A DNA stretch of 39,572 nucleotides, from the NCBI GenBank assembly GCA_018304505.1, contig JAGVWA010000019.1, positions 1 to 39,572 of the forward strand, given 5' to 3'. Of the stretch, positions 1 through 10,500 are shown piece by piece. Each line of letters begins with the position of its first letter. Within the stretch, counting starts at the first letter, position 1. The stretch is from Nanobdellati archaeon (lineage in GTDB: Archaea; B1Sed10-29; JAGVWA01). The position numbers and the translations under genes are program-made. The notes under the pieces were generated by a model. That model was given only the letters and a program-made list of their open reading frames with translations. It made no database searches and was not told where the DNA came from.

Positions 1-943
1 TCGAATTCACCAACCTAAAGTAAGCACTATCATTATCAAGAGTAAGATCAAATACTTCAAAGAGAGTAACCTCCAACAAACCAGAAACATTCGCCCCCGC
101 TACTGGTGTTAAATCCGTCAAATCCCACGTCGGAACAGAATTATCAACCGTAATCGACCTATTCAAATCTGTTGATGAGTTCTCATTGCCGTAAAGGTCA
201 GTTGCATTAAACACTATGTAGTATAGGCCGTCTGTCAGGCCACTCGTTGCTTGGCTACCAAGGTAAGAATAATTTGCTACTGAGCCACCCGTGGGATCAG
301 TAGTGTTTTCCATTTGGGTGTAAGCAGTTAAGTTGTTGCCTGTAGAATTCACTAAACGGAAATATACTGAGTTATTATTCTGATTCACATCTGTGAGTTC
401 AAAAGCAGTGATGTTGAATGTGCCAGAGATATTAGAGTTTACGGGTGTTAAGTCTGTCAGATCCCATGTCGGTAGTGTTGAATCAACTGTGAATGCAGGG
501 CTTATTGTTGTGTTGTATTCTGTGTTGTTGTCAGATGTGTTGATATTGAACTCATAAACGCCATCCGCATCTGCTGTTACGTTAACAGTTATCAAGAAAG
601 TGTTGTTTTGTGTAAGTACATCAGAGACATTAGTGCACACTACATATGCACCGCTTTGATTACAGGTGTAATTCCCATCATTTATGCTTACATTGTATAC
701 CTCAAAATTTGTTGAGTTTGTTGTGATGTTTATCTCCGTTATATTATGATTAGCCCCCGTGGTTATTGGCACTGTTATTTCAACTGTGAAGTTTGTTGAG
801 AGCACAGTGTGGTTCGTTTGATTCAACGTTACTGTACCAATGTCGTGTTGAGATAAACCCAGGATCGCCCAAATAATGACTACTAGTGCTAGGACAATTA
901 TCGCCTTTAGCGAATTTGATTGTAAAGTGCCCCCTCTCTCCAT
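1..943 (-). CDS. Secreted Ig-like repeat surface glycoprotein (partial, runs off the window start)
   Basis: Not in the ORF track; translated by hand from ATG 943: MERGGTLQSNSLKAIIVLALVVIIWAILGLSQHDIG... It has an N-terminal hydrophobic helix, very dense N-x-S/T sequons, and a repeat (TVD..PTWDLTDLTPV..N.SG...YFRLVNS) seen twice. The frame stays open to position 1. Confidence 0.85.
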   Translation of the reverse strand, partial: MERGGTLQSNSLKAIIVLALVVIIWAILGLSQHDIGTVTLNQTNHTVLSTNFTVEITVPITTGANHNITEINITTNSTNFEVYNVSINDGNYTCNQSGAYVVCTNVSDVLTQNNTFLITVNVTADADGVYEFNINTSDNNTEYNTTISPAFTVDSTLPTWDLTDLTPVNSNISGTFNITAFELTDVNQNNNSVYFRLVNSTGNNLTAYTQMENTTDPTGGSVANYSYLGSQATSGLTDGLYYIVFNATDLYGNENSSTDLNRSITVDNSVPTWDLTDLTPVAGANVSGLLEVTLFEVFDLTLDNDSAYFRLVNS

Positions 944-1027
944 TTAATAACCCAAATTCTTAATTGTTACTATCAACTTGAGAAAATCAGATTTTGTTTG
1001 CATGCATACATTTCTTAACTTTTCCAA

Positions 1028-1060
1028 TATATAAACTAGTCTAAACCACGAATTGGTAGT
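1028..1060 (-). promoter_or_regulatory. Putative TATA box (GTTTATATA) with upstream GTGGTTT element for the 1..943 gene
   Basis: Plus strand tatataaac-N6-aaaccac; the same spacing recurs at 10737 upstream of the 2003-aa gene. Confidence 0.55.
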
Positions 1061-1141
1061 TACAGATAAGGTATAAACGCGGGGTCCCGAAATTTTTTCA
1101 TAACAGCCAACCGACTTATAATAATACAGTATAATAACACA

Positions 1142-1150
1142 TTTAATATA
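1142..1150 (+). promoter_or_regulatory. Putative TATA box for a leaderless taw3 transcript
   Basis: TTTAATATA lies 23-31 nt upstream of ATG 1173. Confidence 0.5.
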
Positions 1151-1172
1151 CGACAACGCACACAGGAAAACC

Positions 1173-1742
1173 ATGGGCTTTGATGAGGAAAAGAAAAACG
1201 CGCTTGGAAAACTGAACACTGCGCTGGCTGCAGAGAAAGTCGATGGAGGCATGCTGCCTTTAATCGAAATCATCAACAGCAAGCCAAATTTGTTTACAAG
1301 CAGCTCATGCTATGGCCGCATAGTGATTTTTGATTCTCCAAATAAAACGAAGGAAGACACCGCGTTTGTCGCGAAGTGGCACCGCCAGGTGGGGTTTGAC
1401 GAAGTGAGAAAAACGCTAGACTCGGCAGCCGGTGGCGACTTGTGGTTCCGCATGGAGGGCTTCATTCTGCACATTTCCTGCCGCGACATCGAAACAGCGG
1501 GGCGCGTTTTGGAACTAAAAACAAAACTTGGGCTGAAGCGCGGCGGCATATTTCATGTTTCTGACGATCGCGTTCAGATTGAGTTGGTGAGCACTCTAAA
1601 GATGGACTTGCCTGTAAAACACAATGGCACAATGCTTGTCTCAGATGAGTACCTGAAAACCATTATCAACGAGGCCAATGTGAAAATGCAGCGCAACTCT
1701 GAGGATGTTGAGAAATTGAAAAGCGAACTGGGCAAACTCTAA
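1173..1742 (+). CDS. taw3: tRNA(Phe) wyosine-derivative methyltransferase Taw3 (TYW3 family)
   Basis: 189 aa with VD..MLPLIEIIN, TSSSCYGRI, KWH, FILHI.CRD and G.KRGGI motifs of TYW3/Taw3. Confidence 0.9.
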   Translation: MGFDEEKKNALGKLNTALAAEKVDGGMLPLIEIINSKPNLFTSSSCYGRIVIFDSPNKTKEDTAFVAKWHRQVGFDEVRKTLDSAAGGDLWFRMEGFILHISCRDIETAGRVLELKTKLGLKRGGIFHVSDDRVQIELVSTLKMDLPVKHNGTMLVSDEYLKTIINEANVKMQRNSEDVEKLKSELGKL

Positions 1743-1783
1743 CCCGTGTTTCCTAAACTGCCCCCTAACCCTTCTGCTGTTTC

Positions 1784-2815
1784 CTAAACCTTGAATCGCA
1801 GGAAGCCGGCGATGTTTTGGAAGGCCTTGAGTTTCTGCGACGCCTCGTTTTCGTGCGAGATGATCATGACATTTGTTTTCATTTTGCTTGCGAGGCTCAG
1901 TAGTTCCTCAATGGGCTCGCGCTGCTCGAAAAGCAGCGTGTCGAGAAACATGATCTTGCCTGCAGCGCCCATTTCGACTGCTTTTTTCACATCGGTGTAG
2001 CCCCTGACTGTCATTCCAGTGCCGCGCGCAACCTCTTCTATAAACTCCTCGATGACCTTGGTTTCCTCATTAAAACGATAGTCCCTGATGAGTTTTTCCA
2101 GCGCGTCTGTTTTTATTAATTCGAACACCGCCTGCTTTCCTGTGTTGCCCGTCGGCGTAATAATGACCTTGCTAGCGATTTTCGGGTGGTGCTCTTTCAA
2201 GAACTCGTGCAGGTTCTCGCGTTCGAATCCCGGGCCTGCGACAACGAACTGCTCAACCTCTGGTAATGACGAAAGAATTTCCTCGTAATACTTGTTCTTG
2301 AGCTTCTCGTCCTGCTTGTATTGCTTTCCCCCGTACTTATTGTGGATCTCGAGAATTTCATCGACGCCGTACTGGCGAATGAGGAAGAGCTCGGCCAGTT
2401 TTTCGTCTAGAACTAAGACATGGATCTTCGGCTGCTTTGCCGCATCCACGGCCTCTTTTAATCTGTCGCGTTCGTGTGCTTTCCAGCCTAGCGGTTTTTC
2501 AATGTTTATTATGTCGTTGTCCCCGACTTCGATTGTGTGGTGCAGGCCTATCTGTACAAGCTCTAGGGGCTTGCCGTCCTTGATTGTGCCGAGGATCCGG
2601 AGCTTGCCAGAGTCCTTGTGGAACTCTGCTTTCTCAACATCCACGGTAATGAAAACCGGCTTCCTGTCCTTTTTCCCGTACTCTGTAACCAGCACGCGGA
2701 GGGACTGTGCGCTAACCACGTCATTCTTTGTTATGATTTTTTCGAGGTGCCAGAGGTCTTCGAGTATCTGGGTCTTGATTTTGTATGTGTTCTCGAACCT
2801 TGATAAGATCTGCAT
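1784..2815 (-). CDS. pelA: mRNA surveillance / ribosome rescue factor pelota (aDom34)
   Basis: Probable start is ATG 2815 (MQILSRFENTYKIKTQILEDLWHL), giving 343 aa. Motifs EDLWHL, LRILGTI, G.HHT and AGPGF, plus an eRF1-like domain 3. The ORF-track extension to 3055 overlaps the neighbouring gene. Confidence 0.95.
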   Translation of the reverse strand: MQILSRFENTYKIKTQILEDLWHLEKIITKNDVVSAQSLRVLVTEYGKKDRKPVFITVDVEKAEFHKDSGKLRILGTIKDGKPLELVQIGLHHTIEVGDNDIINIEKPLGWKAHERDRLKEAVDAAKQPKIHVLVLDEKLAELFLIRQYGVDEILEIHNKYGGKQYKQDEKLKNKYYEEILSSLPEVEQFVVAGPGFERENLHEFLKEHHPKIASKVIITPTGNTGKQAVFELIKTDALEKLIRDYRFNEETKVIEEFIEEVARGTGMTVRGYTDVKKAVEMGAAGKIMFLDTLLFEQREPIEELLSLASKMKTNVMIISHENEASQKLKAFQNIAGFLRFKV

Positions 2816-2837
2816 TGTAAAGTTAAGTGGCGCTGTG

Positions 2838-2846
2838 TTTAAAAAA
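2838..2846 (-). promoter_or_regulatory. Putative TATA box (TTTTTTAAA) for leaderless pelota
   Basis: Located 23-31 nt upstream of ATG 2815. Confidence 0.55.
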
Positions 2847-2930
2847 GTCACTTGCCACCTGTGAGTCATGCCCAAGATAGATACCAGTCGTGGTAGTCTT
2901 CCCGTTCTCACCAGATTGATTGAAGGGCAG

Positions 2931-2969
2931 AAAAAATAGATTGGGGGCTGGGCCTTTTTTTGGCCCAGT
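2931..2969 (-). terminator. Hairpin plus T-tract downstream of the PGF-pre-PGF gene
   Basis: Inverted repeat ctgggcc-N7-ggcccag (2948-2968), followed on the minus strand by a short T-run. Confidence 0.5.
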
Positions 2970-3005
2970 TCAAAACGGGTTTTTGGTTTTAGTTGTTTTA
3001 CAGCT

Positions 3006-4562
3006 TTACAGCCTTCTTGACACGTCGGTTCTTCTTCGCAGGAATACGACTGCAAGTATCACAATGGCAACAACTGCTGCAACGCCTAGTGTGAAGGTGT
3101 AGTCTGTTGCTGCGCTTGGCGCGATTGCAGTACTTGGCGTTGTTGCTGCACCTGTTGCGTCGCTGCCTGTTGTGTCCTCTGTTGGTATTACTGCTATGAC
3201 GTCCCCAGAGATGGCTGTTGATTGTGACTGGCCAGATGGGGTTGTTTCTTCAGTTGTTTCTGCTGTAGTTGCTGGCGTCACTGCTGGTGTTTTTTCTCCA
3301 ATCGCGAACGTCGAGAAACCTGGCGAGACTGCGCTGAGGTAAACGTTGGTGTCGTCTGAATTCAGGACTGTGGTTGTTAACTCGCTCCACTTGTCAGAGG
3401 CATACCTGTAAAGGGCTACCTTGTCCTGTGTCACTCCATTTTCGGTGAGCCACGCCTTTGTTACCTGGAACTTGAGGGTTGCTTCCTTTACGTCGGTTGT
3501 TGCGAACCCTGCTGGCGTGATTTCGATGTAGCTATATATCTTGCCCGTGCTTACTGGGTCCTGGGCTATTGCAGATGGCTTGGCCTTGAGTTTTGCTACT
3601 GTTAGGTTTGCGCCTGCAGGTATTGCGTTTTCTGCTGTTAATTGAATTTCACTGACACCTACTTTGTCTACTGCAATGGGGGCTATTGTTATTGTTTGCT
3701 TTGCACCCGCAGCTGTTGCTGTTAGTGCATTCTTTACGCTGGTTGCGACATTAGAGGCCCCATCGCCGCCTCCGCCACCGCCTCCACCACCGGTTGTGGT
3801 TGTGGTTGTGGTGGTTGTGCCACCGCTGATGGTGATTGACTGTGTTTGGCTTGTAGAGGTCTTTGATTCGCTATTGTAAGTGTATCCAAATGACACAGAA
3901 GCTGTGCATGTTCCTGACGAACTCGGCACGTCAATGTCCCATGAGACTGTCCTTGATGAGGCGCCTGAAATGTCGCCAGTGCTAACTGCAGCCGTGCTAC
4001 CTGAATTTAATGTGCACGTGCCAAGGCTTAGCGTTGCTGTCCCTGAACTTGCTGTTGCAGTTCCGGTATTTGAAATCGTTGCAGAGACCGTTGCTGTTGA
4101 GGACGCGCTAGCGCTTGACGGCGTTATTGAGTAGCTGAACGTTGGCGCGCTCTGCACTGTCACTGTTTGCGATTCTGTTGATTCAGATCCTACACTTGTG
4201 CCTGAAGCTGTAACGATGAACGTATGCGAGCCTGAACTTGTGGCTGTCAGGGAATAGGTTTTTGAAGTGCTGCCGCTGGCTGCCAGGTTTCCAAAGGACT
4301 GCGTGCTTGTGCCAGACAACCACGTTGTGGAATCACTGGACGCTATGGCTCCTGAGACAGAGTTGATGGTCTGGCTGCCGAGGTTAGTTATTGTTACTGT
4401 AACCGACAGTGTTCCTCCTTCGGAAACTGTTTCAGCGTTGCTTACCTCGATTTGGAATGTGCTTCCAGTGTATATATACGCCAGTGCGGGGTTTACCGCC
4501 AGTAAGGCGAGTGTTGCCAGTGCAATTATGGCTTTTGTCGATATTGATTTTGTTGAATTCAT
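3006..4562 (-). CDS. PGF-pre-PGF domain cell-surface protein, C-terminally membrane anchored
   Basis: Sec signal peptide, two Ser/Thr-rich CARDB/NEW3-like Ig domains and a T9-G10 linker. Then a PGF-pre-PGF domain (YSYIEI..FQVTKAWL..VALYRY..W..L.T..A.SPGFSTFAIG), a Thr-rich spacer, and a TM helix followed by RRR. Confidence 0.9.
   Translation of the reverse strand: MNSTKSISTKAIIALATLALLAVNPALAYIYTGSTFQIEVSNAETVSEGGTLSVTVTITNLGSQTINSVSGAIASSDSTTWLSGTSTQSFGNLAASGSTSKTYSLTATSSGSHTFIVTASGTSVGSESTESQTVTVQSAPTFSYSITPSSASASSTATVSATISNTGTATASSGTATLSLGTCTLNSGSTAAVSTGDISGASSRTVSWDIDVPSSSGTCTASVSFGYTYNSESKTSTSQTQSITISGGTTTTTTTTTGGGGGGGGGDGASNVATSVKNALTATAAGAKQTITIAPIAVDKVGVSEIQLTAENAIPAGANLTVAKLKAKPSAIAQDPVSTGKIYSYIEITPAGFATTDVKEATLKFQVTKAWLTENGVTQDKVALYRYASDKWSELTTTVLNSDDTNVYLSAVSPGFSTFAIGEKTPAVTPATTAETTEETTPSGQSQSTAISGDVIAVIPTEDTTGSDATGAATTPSTAIAPSAATDYTFTLGVAAVVAIVILAVVFLRRRTDVSRRL
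3760..3825 (-). repeat. Low-complexity poly-Thr/poly-Gly linker repeat
   Basis: (gtggtt)n and (ccn)n runs encode TTTTTTTTTGGGGGGGGGG. Confidence 0.8.
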
Positions 4563-4577
4563 TTTTCATCATCTCCG

Positions 4578-7500
4578 TTAAGCTGCCGTTGTCACGTTGA
4601 ACGGCCCAGTTTCTGCACAGTTGCTTCTCGCGTCGCATGCCGTGATGTTGTACCAATACAGCGTGCTTGGCAGTATTGACACATCTGTTACTGTGGTGTT
4701 AAATGACGCTTGGTAGTTGTTACCTACCCAGCCAGAGTTGATCAGGGACGCGTTTAGCGTGTTGCCCAAGCTTGTTGAGTTGCCCCACTTGATTGTTGTT
4801 GTTCCGAGGCTCGTGTCGTCTGTGAAGTTAAAGTACACCCAGAAGCTCGAGTTGCTGTCAGAGCCGTTCTCCAGCAGATTTATTGTTGGCTGTGCGGTGT
4901 CGTTGATGCTTATCGACATCCACGTGTAGAGGTTCGGGAAGTTGTTGGAGTTCACCTTGAACGACAAGGACTGGGTGCCTATTGCTGTTGACGCGTTTTG
5001 GCCCTGCGCGACCGTGAAGTTGAATATTGCCGAGGCTGAGCTGCCTGCAGTCACGTCACCAATGGTTATGGTTAGCGGCGTGTCGTTCACCATGTATCCA
5101 TAGTTCAGCATCCATGAGCTGTCAAACAATGCTGTGACGTTTTCAGCTGTTGGGCTGCCTGCCGGGTTTTCCACTGTCAGGTTCACGAAGAATGCCTGGC
5201 CTATGCCTACGGGGGTCTGGTTTACTTGTATGCTTGTTAAGCGGAGCGTGGCTTCTGCTGTGTTTGCCCATGCCCACCAGTACAGGATTGACTCGTTGGT
5301 GTAGTTCACAGTGCCCATGATGTTGATGCCTCCCGTGGGCCAGCCTGTTGTCGTGGTAATGTTCACAGTGGCTACGCCGTTGCTTGTTGTTCCTACTGTG
5401 GAACTCCAGTTTGATAGTAGCTGCATTCCTTGGCTTGGGCTGTAAGTCTCGAGCCTATACACAGACACATTTCCGACTGCTTGCGCGTCTGTCAGTGGCG
5501 TTGAGTAGTCGCTGCCGAACAGTGTCACGTTTAGCGATATTGTTTCTGTTGATTGGTAGCTTGACTGCATTGGCGATGTTACCCAGGCGCTGCCCCAGAT
5601 GCTGAACCTTGGCAGCTGCACTGAAGTGAAGCTTCCGTTCGACAATTGCAGCTGAACTGTGCCGTTGTATTCTGTCCAACCTGTTACTGGCCAGTACCCG
5701 TTAGGTGCTGCTACCTGCACAACTGCCTCGCCTGTTGCAACATTCGAGTTGGCGTCAATCGGCGTCATTGTTACTTGCGTGCACTGGTTCCAGTCCCACT
5801 GCCCTATTTGGCATTGCCTGTATTCCAACGTGATGTTTCTAACTGTAACGTTTATTCCAGCGCCTGCGGATGTTTTTGCCGACACGTTCAACGACACGTT
5901 CTGGTGCGGCGCAATGCTGCTGTAGTAGCTGCTGTTAGAGTACAGCGTCACTGATATCTGATCATCGTTTGTGATCCTTATCTGTATTGGCCATGATTGT
6001 GACGTCATGTTCTGTGTACCGACTAAAGCTTGGCCTGTTACCCTTACGTCATACGAAGCTGCTGCCAGTGTGGTGTTTATTGTCACTGTTTGTGCTGCTG
6101 CATCGAACACGTATGAAGAGCCGTTGGCGTTGTTGTAGTCGATTCTTGTTCCATCACGCTTTTCCAACCGTACTCGTGTAACCTCTGTGAGGTTGATCTG
6201 CTGCATTCCCATGCCTGGACCGCCTTCGATTTGCGCCATCAATTGTATTGTGATGTTCTCGCCCGGAGAGTACAGTGCTGAAGGGCGTTGCGGCATTGCG
6301 AATAATTCGAAGCTGCTTACCTCAAACCATGCCTCAGCCGTGGTTATTAGGCCGGTTAATGTTTGGTTGGCCCTGAGCTTCATTACGTATTGCCCTGTTG
6401 GTACATTGACTAAGGACACGTTCATCTGAGCCCAGCTCGTGATGTTCACTGGAGTGTATGTGTAGTGCGTTCCCTGTGTCAATGTAGTGCCTGTTTGTTG
6501 GTTTCTTATTGACTCTATTGTTATTGTTATGTTGCCTCCAACTACCTCTCCACCGCCCCTGTTGTAGACTTGCAAGTTCGGCGTTACCGTGTCAGTCGGG
6601 AGGTGCTTGTACTTCTGTGTCCATGAGTAGAAGTCAAATGGCCGGATGCCGAAGAATATCTCAACCCTTCTTGACTGCCCATTTGCTGGGTCTGCCAGTG
6701 TCACATACACGCGGTAGTCTCCCTGTGGCCACGTGAAACCGCTGCCAGGGGATAAAGTTATGTTTGTGTTTGAGCCGTCAAATATTTTTGTTGTTGAATA
6801 ACTTGAGGAGCTGACTGTGCCTGATGATCCGCCTTCTAGCGAATAGTACGTGACATTTACGCTAGACACCGTAAGGTTGATTGGCTGCGTGCCGAATGTT
6901 CCATTGGCCTTATAGGCATTCGCGACTATTGTTATGTTTGAGTTTGGCGAGAATTGGTATGCACTCCAACCGGTTGATGGATCTACAGCCCATGCATATA
7001 CCTCGAAGGCCTTGATGCTGAACCACATGTCTGTGGTGACTGAGTTGCCTGATTCGTCTGTAGCGTTCAGCGTGGCGACATATTCCCCTTCTTCCAGAGA
7101 ACCCGATAATTCTATGGTGAGGTTTCCTTGCCCAGTGGTGTTTCCAACAATCACTGCTGGCGTTGCCGTGTATAAGCTAGCGTTGTTGGCTCCTTTAGAG
7201 AACCCTGACGAGTAGCTGACGCGCCTTAGGCTCGACACTGAAACTGTGACGTTTTCGTTGTACGGTGTTGACATCCAGCCCCCGTCTGCGGAGTAGGCAT
7301 TCAATTGGACAGACATGTTTGATCCGGGCTGGAAGCTCCAGCCGTTGGCCCATGCCCAGAATTGGAAGGCCCTAACGTCGAAGTATCCCCATGCCTGTTC
7401 TACATTTCCAGCAGCGTCCTCGAACTTGGCCATGACGTTGTGGCTTCCTGTTTCCCAGCCGCCGCTCTTTGTTAAGTTCATTGTGCCGTTTCCAGTAGGC

Positions 7501-10500
7501 AGAGCTGTGTTGCTCCAGGTGACATTTGTTACTTGAGATGTTTGGAAAGTGGAGTAGTCCCACTTCATTACCTGCGTTTCAGTTGCTGTAACATTAACGT
7601 AGTCTGATGGCGACAGTGAGACGCCGCCCCACACAGCCCATGGCGCGATTTTTGTTGCTTGCACATTATACGAAATGTCCTCGCTTGGCTTGAATGTCCA
7701 TCTCCAATTCTGTGTTTGCATCTGCACGTAGAATGCCTTGACTTGGAAGAATATGAAGCCCGTGTCGGTGTTTCCTGATGCGTCAGTGACCTTGACTGTT
7801 GCCAAATAGTCACCCGTGTCCCAAGTGCTTGTCGGGACTATGGTTATTGAAGCGTTGCCCGTGCCGCTTGTTGTTGCTGTCTCAGCACTATAGCTGCTTG
7901 CTGCAACGTCTTCTGGCGGGAAGGCCATCTTCTTTATCGAGTCAATCGTTACAGTGGCCCCTGAAAGCGCTGTTCCGTTCGTATATTGTGCCATTACGTC
8001 TATCGGTATTGAGTCGCTCGGCGTGTATGTGAATTTCCAGTTCTGTGGCTGCACCTGCACCCAGAAATTCTTTACCTCAAAAAAGGCACTGCCTGTGTCG
8101 GTTGTTGTTCCTGAGGTTGCGCGGATTGCGAACCTGTGGAATCCGCTGCTCCAGCCGCCTGCTGGCGCTGGCACTACTACGGAGCACTCAGAACTCATGC
8201 CCATACCAGCGCTGGTTGTACAGTTCTGCGGTGTTATTGTGATTTCCTTTGGCGGCCACACGAATTCTCCGGGTTTACCCTCATACAACGCCTTTGTTAC
8301 GTTGACGTTAACGCCGTTGACGCCCATCCAGTTTTCAGGGTCGTACACTGAAACTGTTAGGTTAACGCCGTCGGTGCTGCCTATGAAGTAGCCCCCGTAG
8401 CCGTAGTTGTTGCTCTGTGAGCCGTTTCTCTGGGCCCATCCCCATACCATGTAGTTCCTCACTTCGAAAAATCCAGCTCCTAGATCTTCTCCCCCAGTCT
8501 GGTCTACTGCTTTTAGCTCAACCATATATGGACCGCCGTCCCATTGCGATGAGTGCTGTAACGTGATGCTCGCTGTGCCATCTTGGCCTGTTACTCCACT
8601 AACTGTTGCAGTCACCTTTGACGTTACGTCTTCTAGCGTGTCTGGGTTGAAGATCTTAACAACTGATAATGTGACGCCTTGTACGTTGGATCCTTCTTGG
8701 CCAAAGCCTCCGCCACTCATGAACATTCCGCCGCCTCCAGCGCCCCCTGCACTGGTCGCAGGCGTGCCGCCGCCGAAGCCGCCTGCTGGACCGAAGGCTG
8801 CCATTTCAAAGCCCTTTGTTGTAGCGGTTTTCACTTCTACCTTGAGCTTAACTTGCTGCGTTGGCTTAAATGAGTTGAACCAGAAGTTGCCTCCGTAGCC
8901 TCCACCGCCACCATACATGTTTCCGCCTGTTGTTCCGTCAAGCGATGGGAACGCGAACACGTCGTAGAGTTTCGAGAAGTAGAATGCTTCTGTAGGCACC
9001 ACTTCTGTTGTGTTGCCGTTTGTCACGTTTACTAATACCTCGAGCCTGTATGGGCCTCCCTTGGTGAGGCACGTGTAGGATATGGTCCTGTCGCTAGCGC
9101 TCGTTGTCAGATTTGTGATATTTGAAGTTAGGTCTGTGCTTTCCCTCAAGAGCTTGCTTAATGAGATTGAATTTATAGTTAAGCTTGAGTTTCCGCTAGC
9201 CTCTGCCCTGATCTGGAACCTGCAGGTTTCGCCTGCCTTTTGTATCCGCTTGGTCTTGTTCTGGTCGTCTATTGGAGTTAGGGTTGCGAATGCCGATTGG
9301 ACCCTGAAGTAGTCGGTTGCCTTAGCTATGTTACCTGAATCATTAGCTGTTACCTCAAGCTTGTACTGGCCCGCCGTTGTGGGGGCTGTAAATGTGAGGT
9401 CATACGTACCTGCAACGTGACTCTTGTTTGTGACGTTCAGCACTGCTGTTTTGCCTTTGTAAACCACTGCCGTGATCTGGTTTAATGTTGAAGCTGCCTG
9501 GCCACCGACAATGATCTTGCTCCTATTTGTGGCGTTTATTGCCTCTAGTGTGTAAGTAAACAGCCCTCCGCCAAACATGCCTCCTGTGAGGCCCTTGGTT
9601 TGCGTCTTCCTGTTTAACCTTAGTACTAATGCTTGAACCCTGAATGACACTGTGACTTCCTTTGTCTCATTTTCCCTTGTTGCGCTGATTGTTGCGCCGA
9701 AGTCTCCTGCGACTGTCGGCGTGTAGTTTACCGTGTACACTCCGGTAGTTGATGAATCAGCTGTGAACGTCACTGTGGTGGTGTTTCCTCCCGGAATGAC
9801 TATGGTTCCTGTTACCGTTGCTGACACGCCCGAGCCTGTGCTTAGCGAGCTTGTTTTGGCCCTTAGTGTAACTACAGAGCTTGACGGGAACACGAAGCCC
9901 TCATTGCCATTGGAGTCCCGTGCAGACGCAGTCACGCCAAATGTACCGATCTTGAACGTGGTGCCTGCCTCATATTCGTTAATGAAAACGTTCATTACGC
10001 CAGCGTAGCTGCTAGGCAGCGTGAATGGTGTTAGTGAGACAAGCCCTGCTGAGCCCGTGCTGTTGCTCTGTGAATTGTATGCTGTGCCGTTGGGGTATTT
10101 TGTCACGGCGGTGAATGAGTGGTTTACTGAGTTGCCCTTTGAATCAGATGCGGCAACGCTTATTATCACGTTTTCTCCGGCTGCGTAGTCGTATTTGTCC
10201 GTGTATACATAGAGGTTAGCATATGATACAACGGTTAGGTTGACTGCGTTTGATATCGAATCACTGCCATACGTCGCTGTCGCGTTCACCTGGTATTCTC
10301 CTTCCGTTCCGGGGTTGGTAAACGTCACAGAGAAGCCGCCAGTGCTGTTCGCGGTCGTGTTCGTGGTGGTGCCATTAAACACAACTGACACTGTCGCGTT
10401 ATCCGCCGCGTTTGTTGTATTATCGCTTGTGTTTAGGTAGCCGACAAAACCGACAACTGTAACGTCAGTTGAGGTGTCATATACTGATTGTTCCGACCCT

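Noticed and set aside
944-1282. 112-aa minus-strand ORF
   Set aside because: It overlaps taw3 antisense and the AT-rich divergent promoter region, and has no protein-like features.
2816-3055. 80-aa N-terminal extension of pelota in the ORF track
   Set aside because: It overlaps the upstream gene and terminator; family similarity starts at Met 2815, which has its own TATA box.
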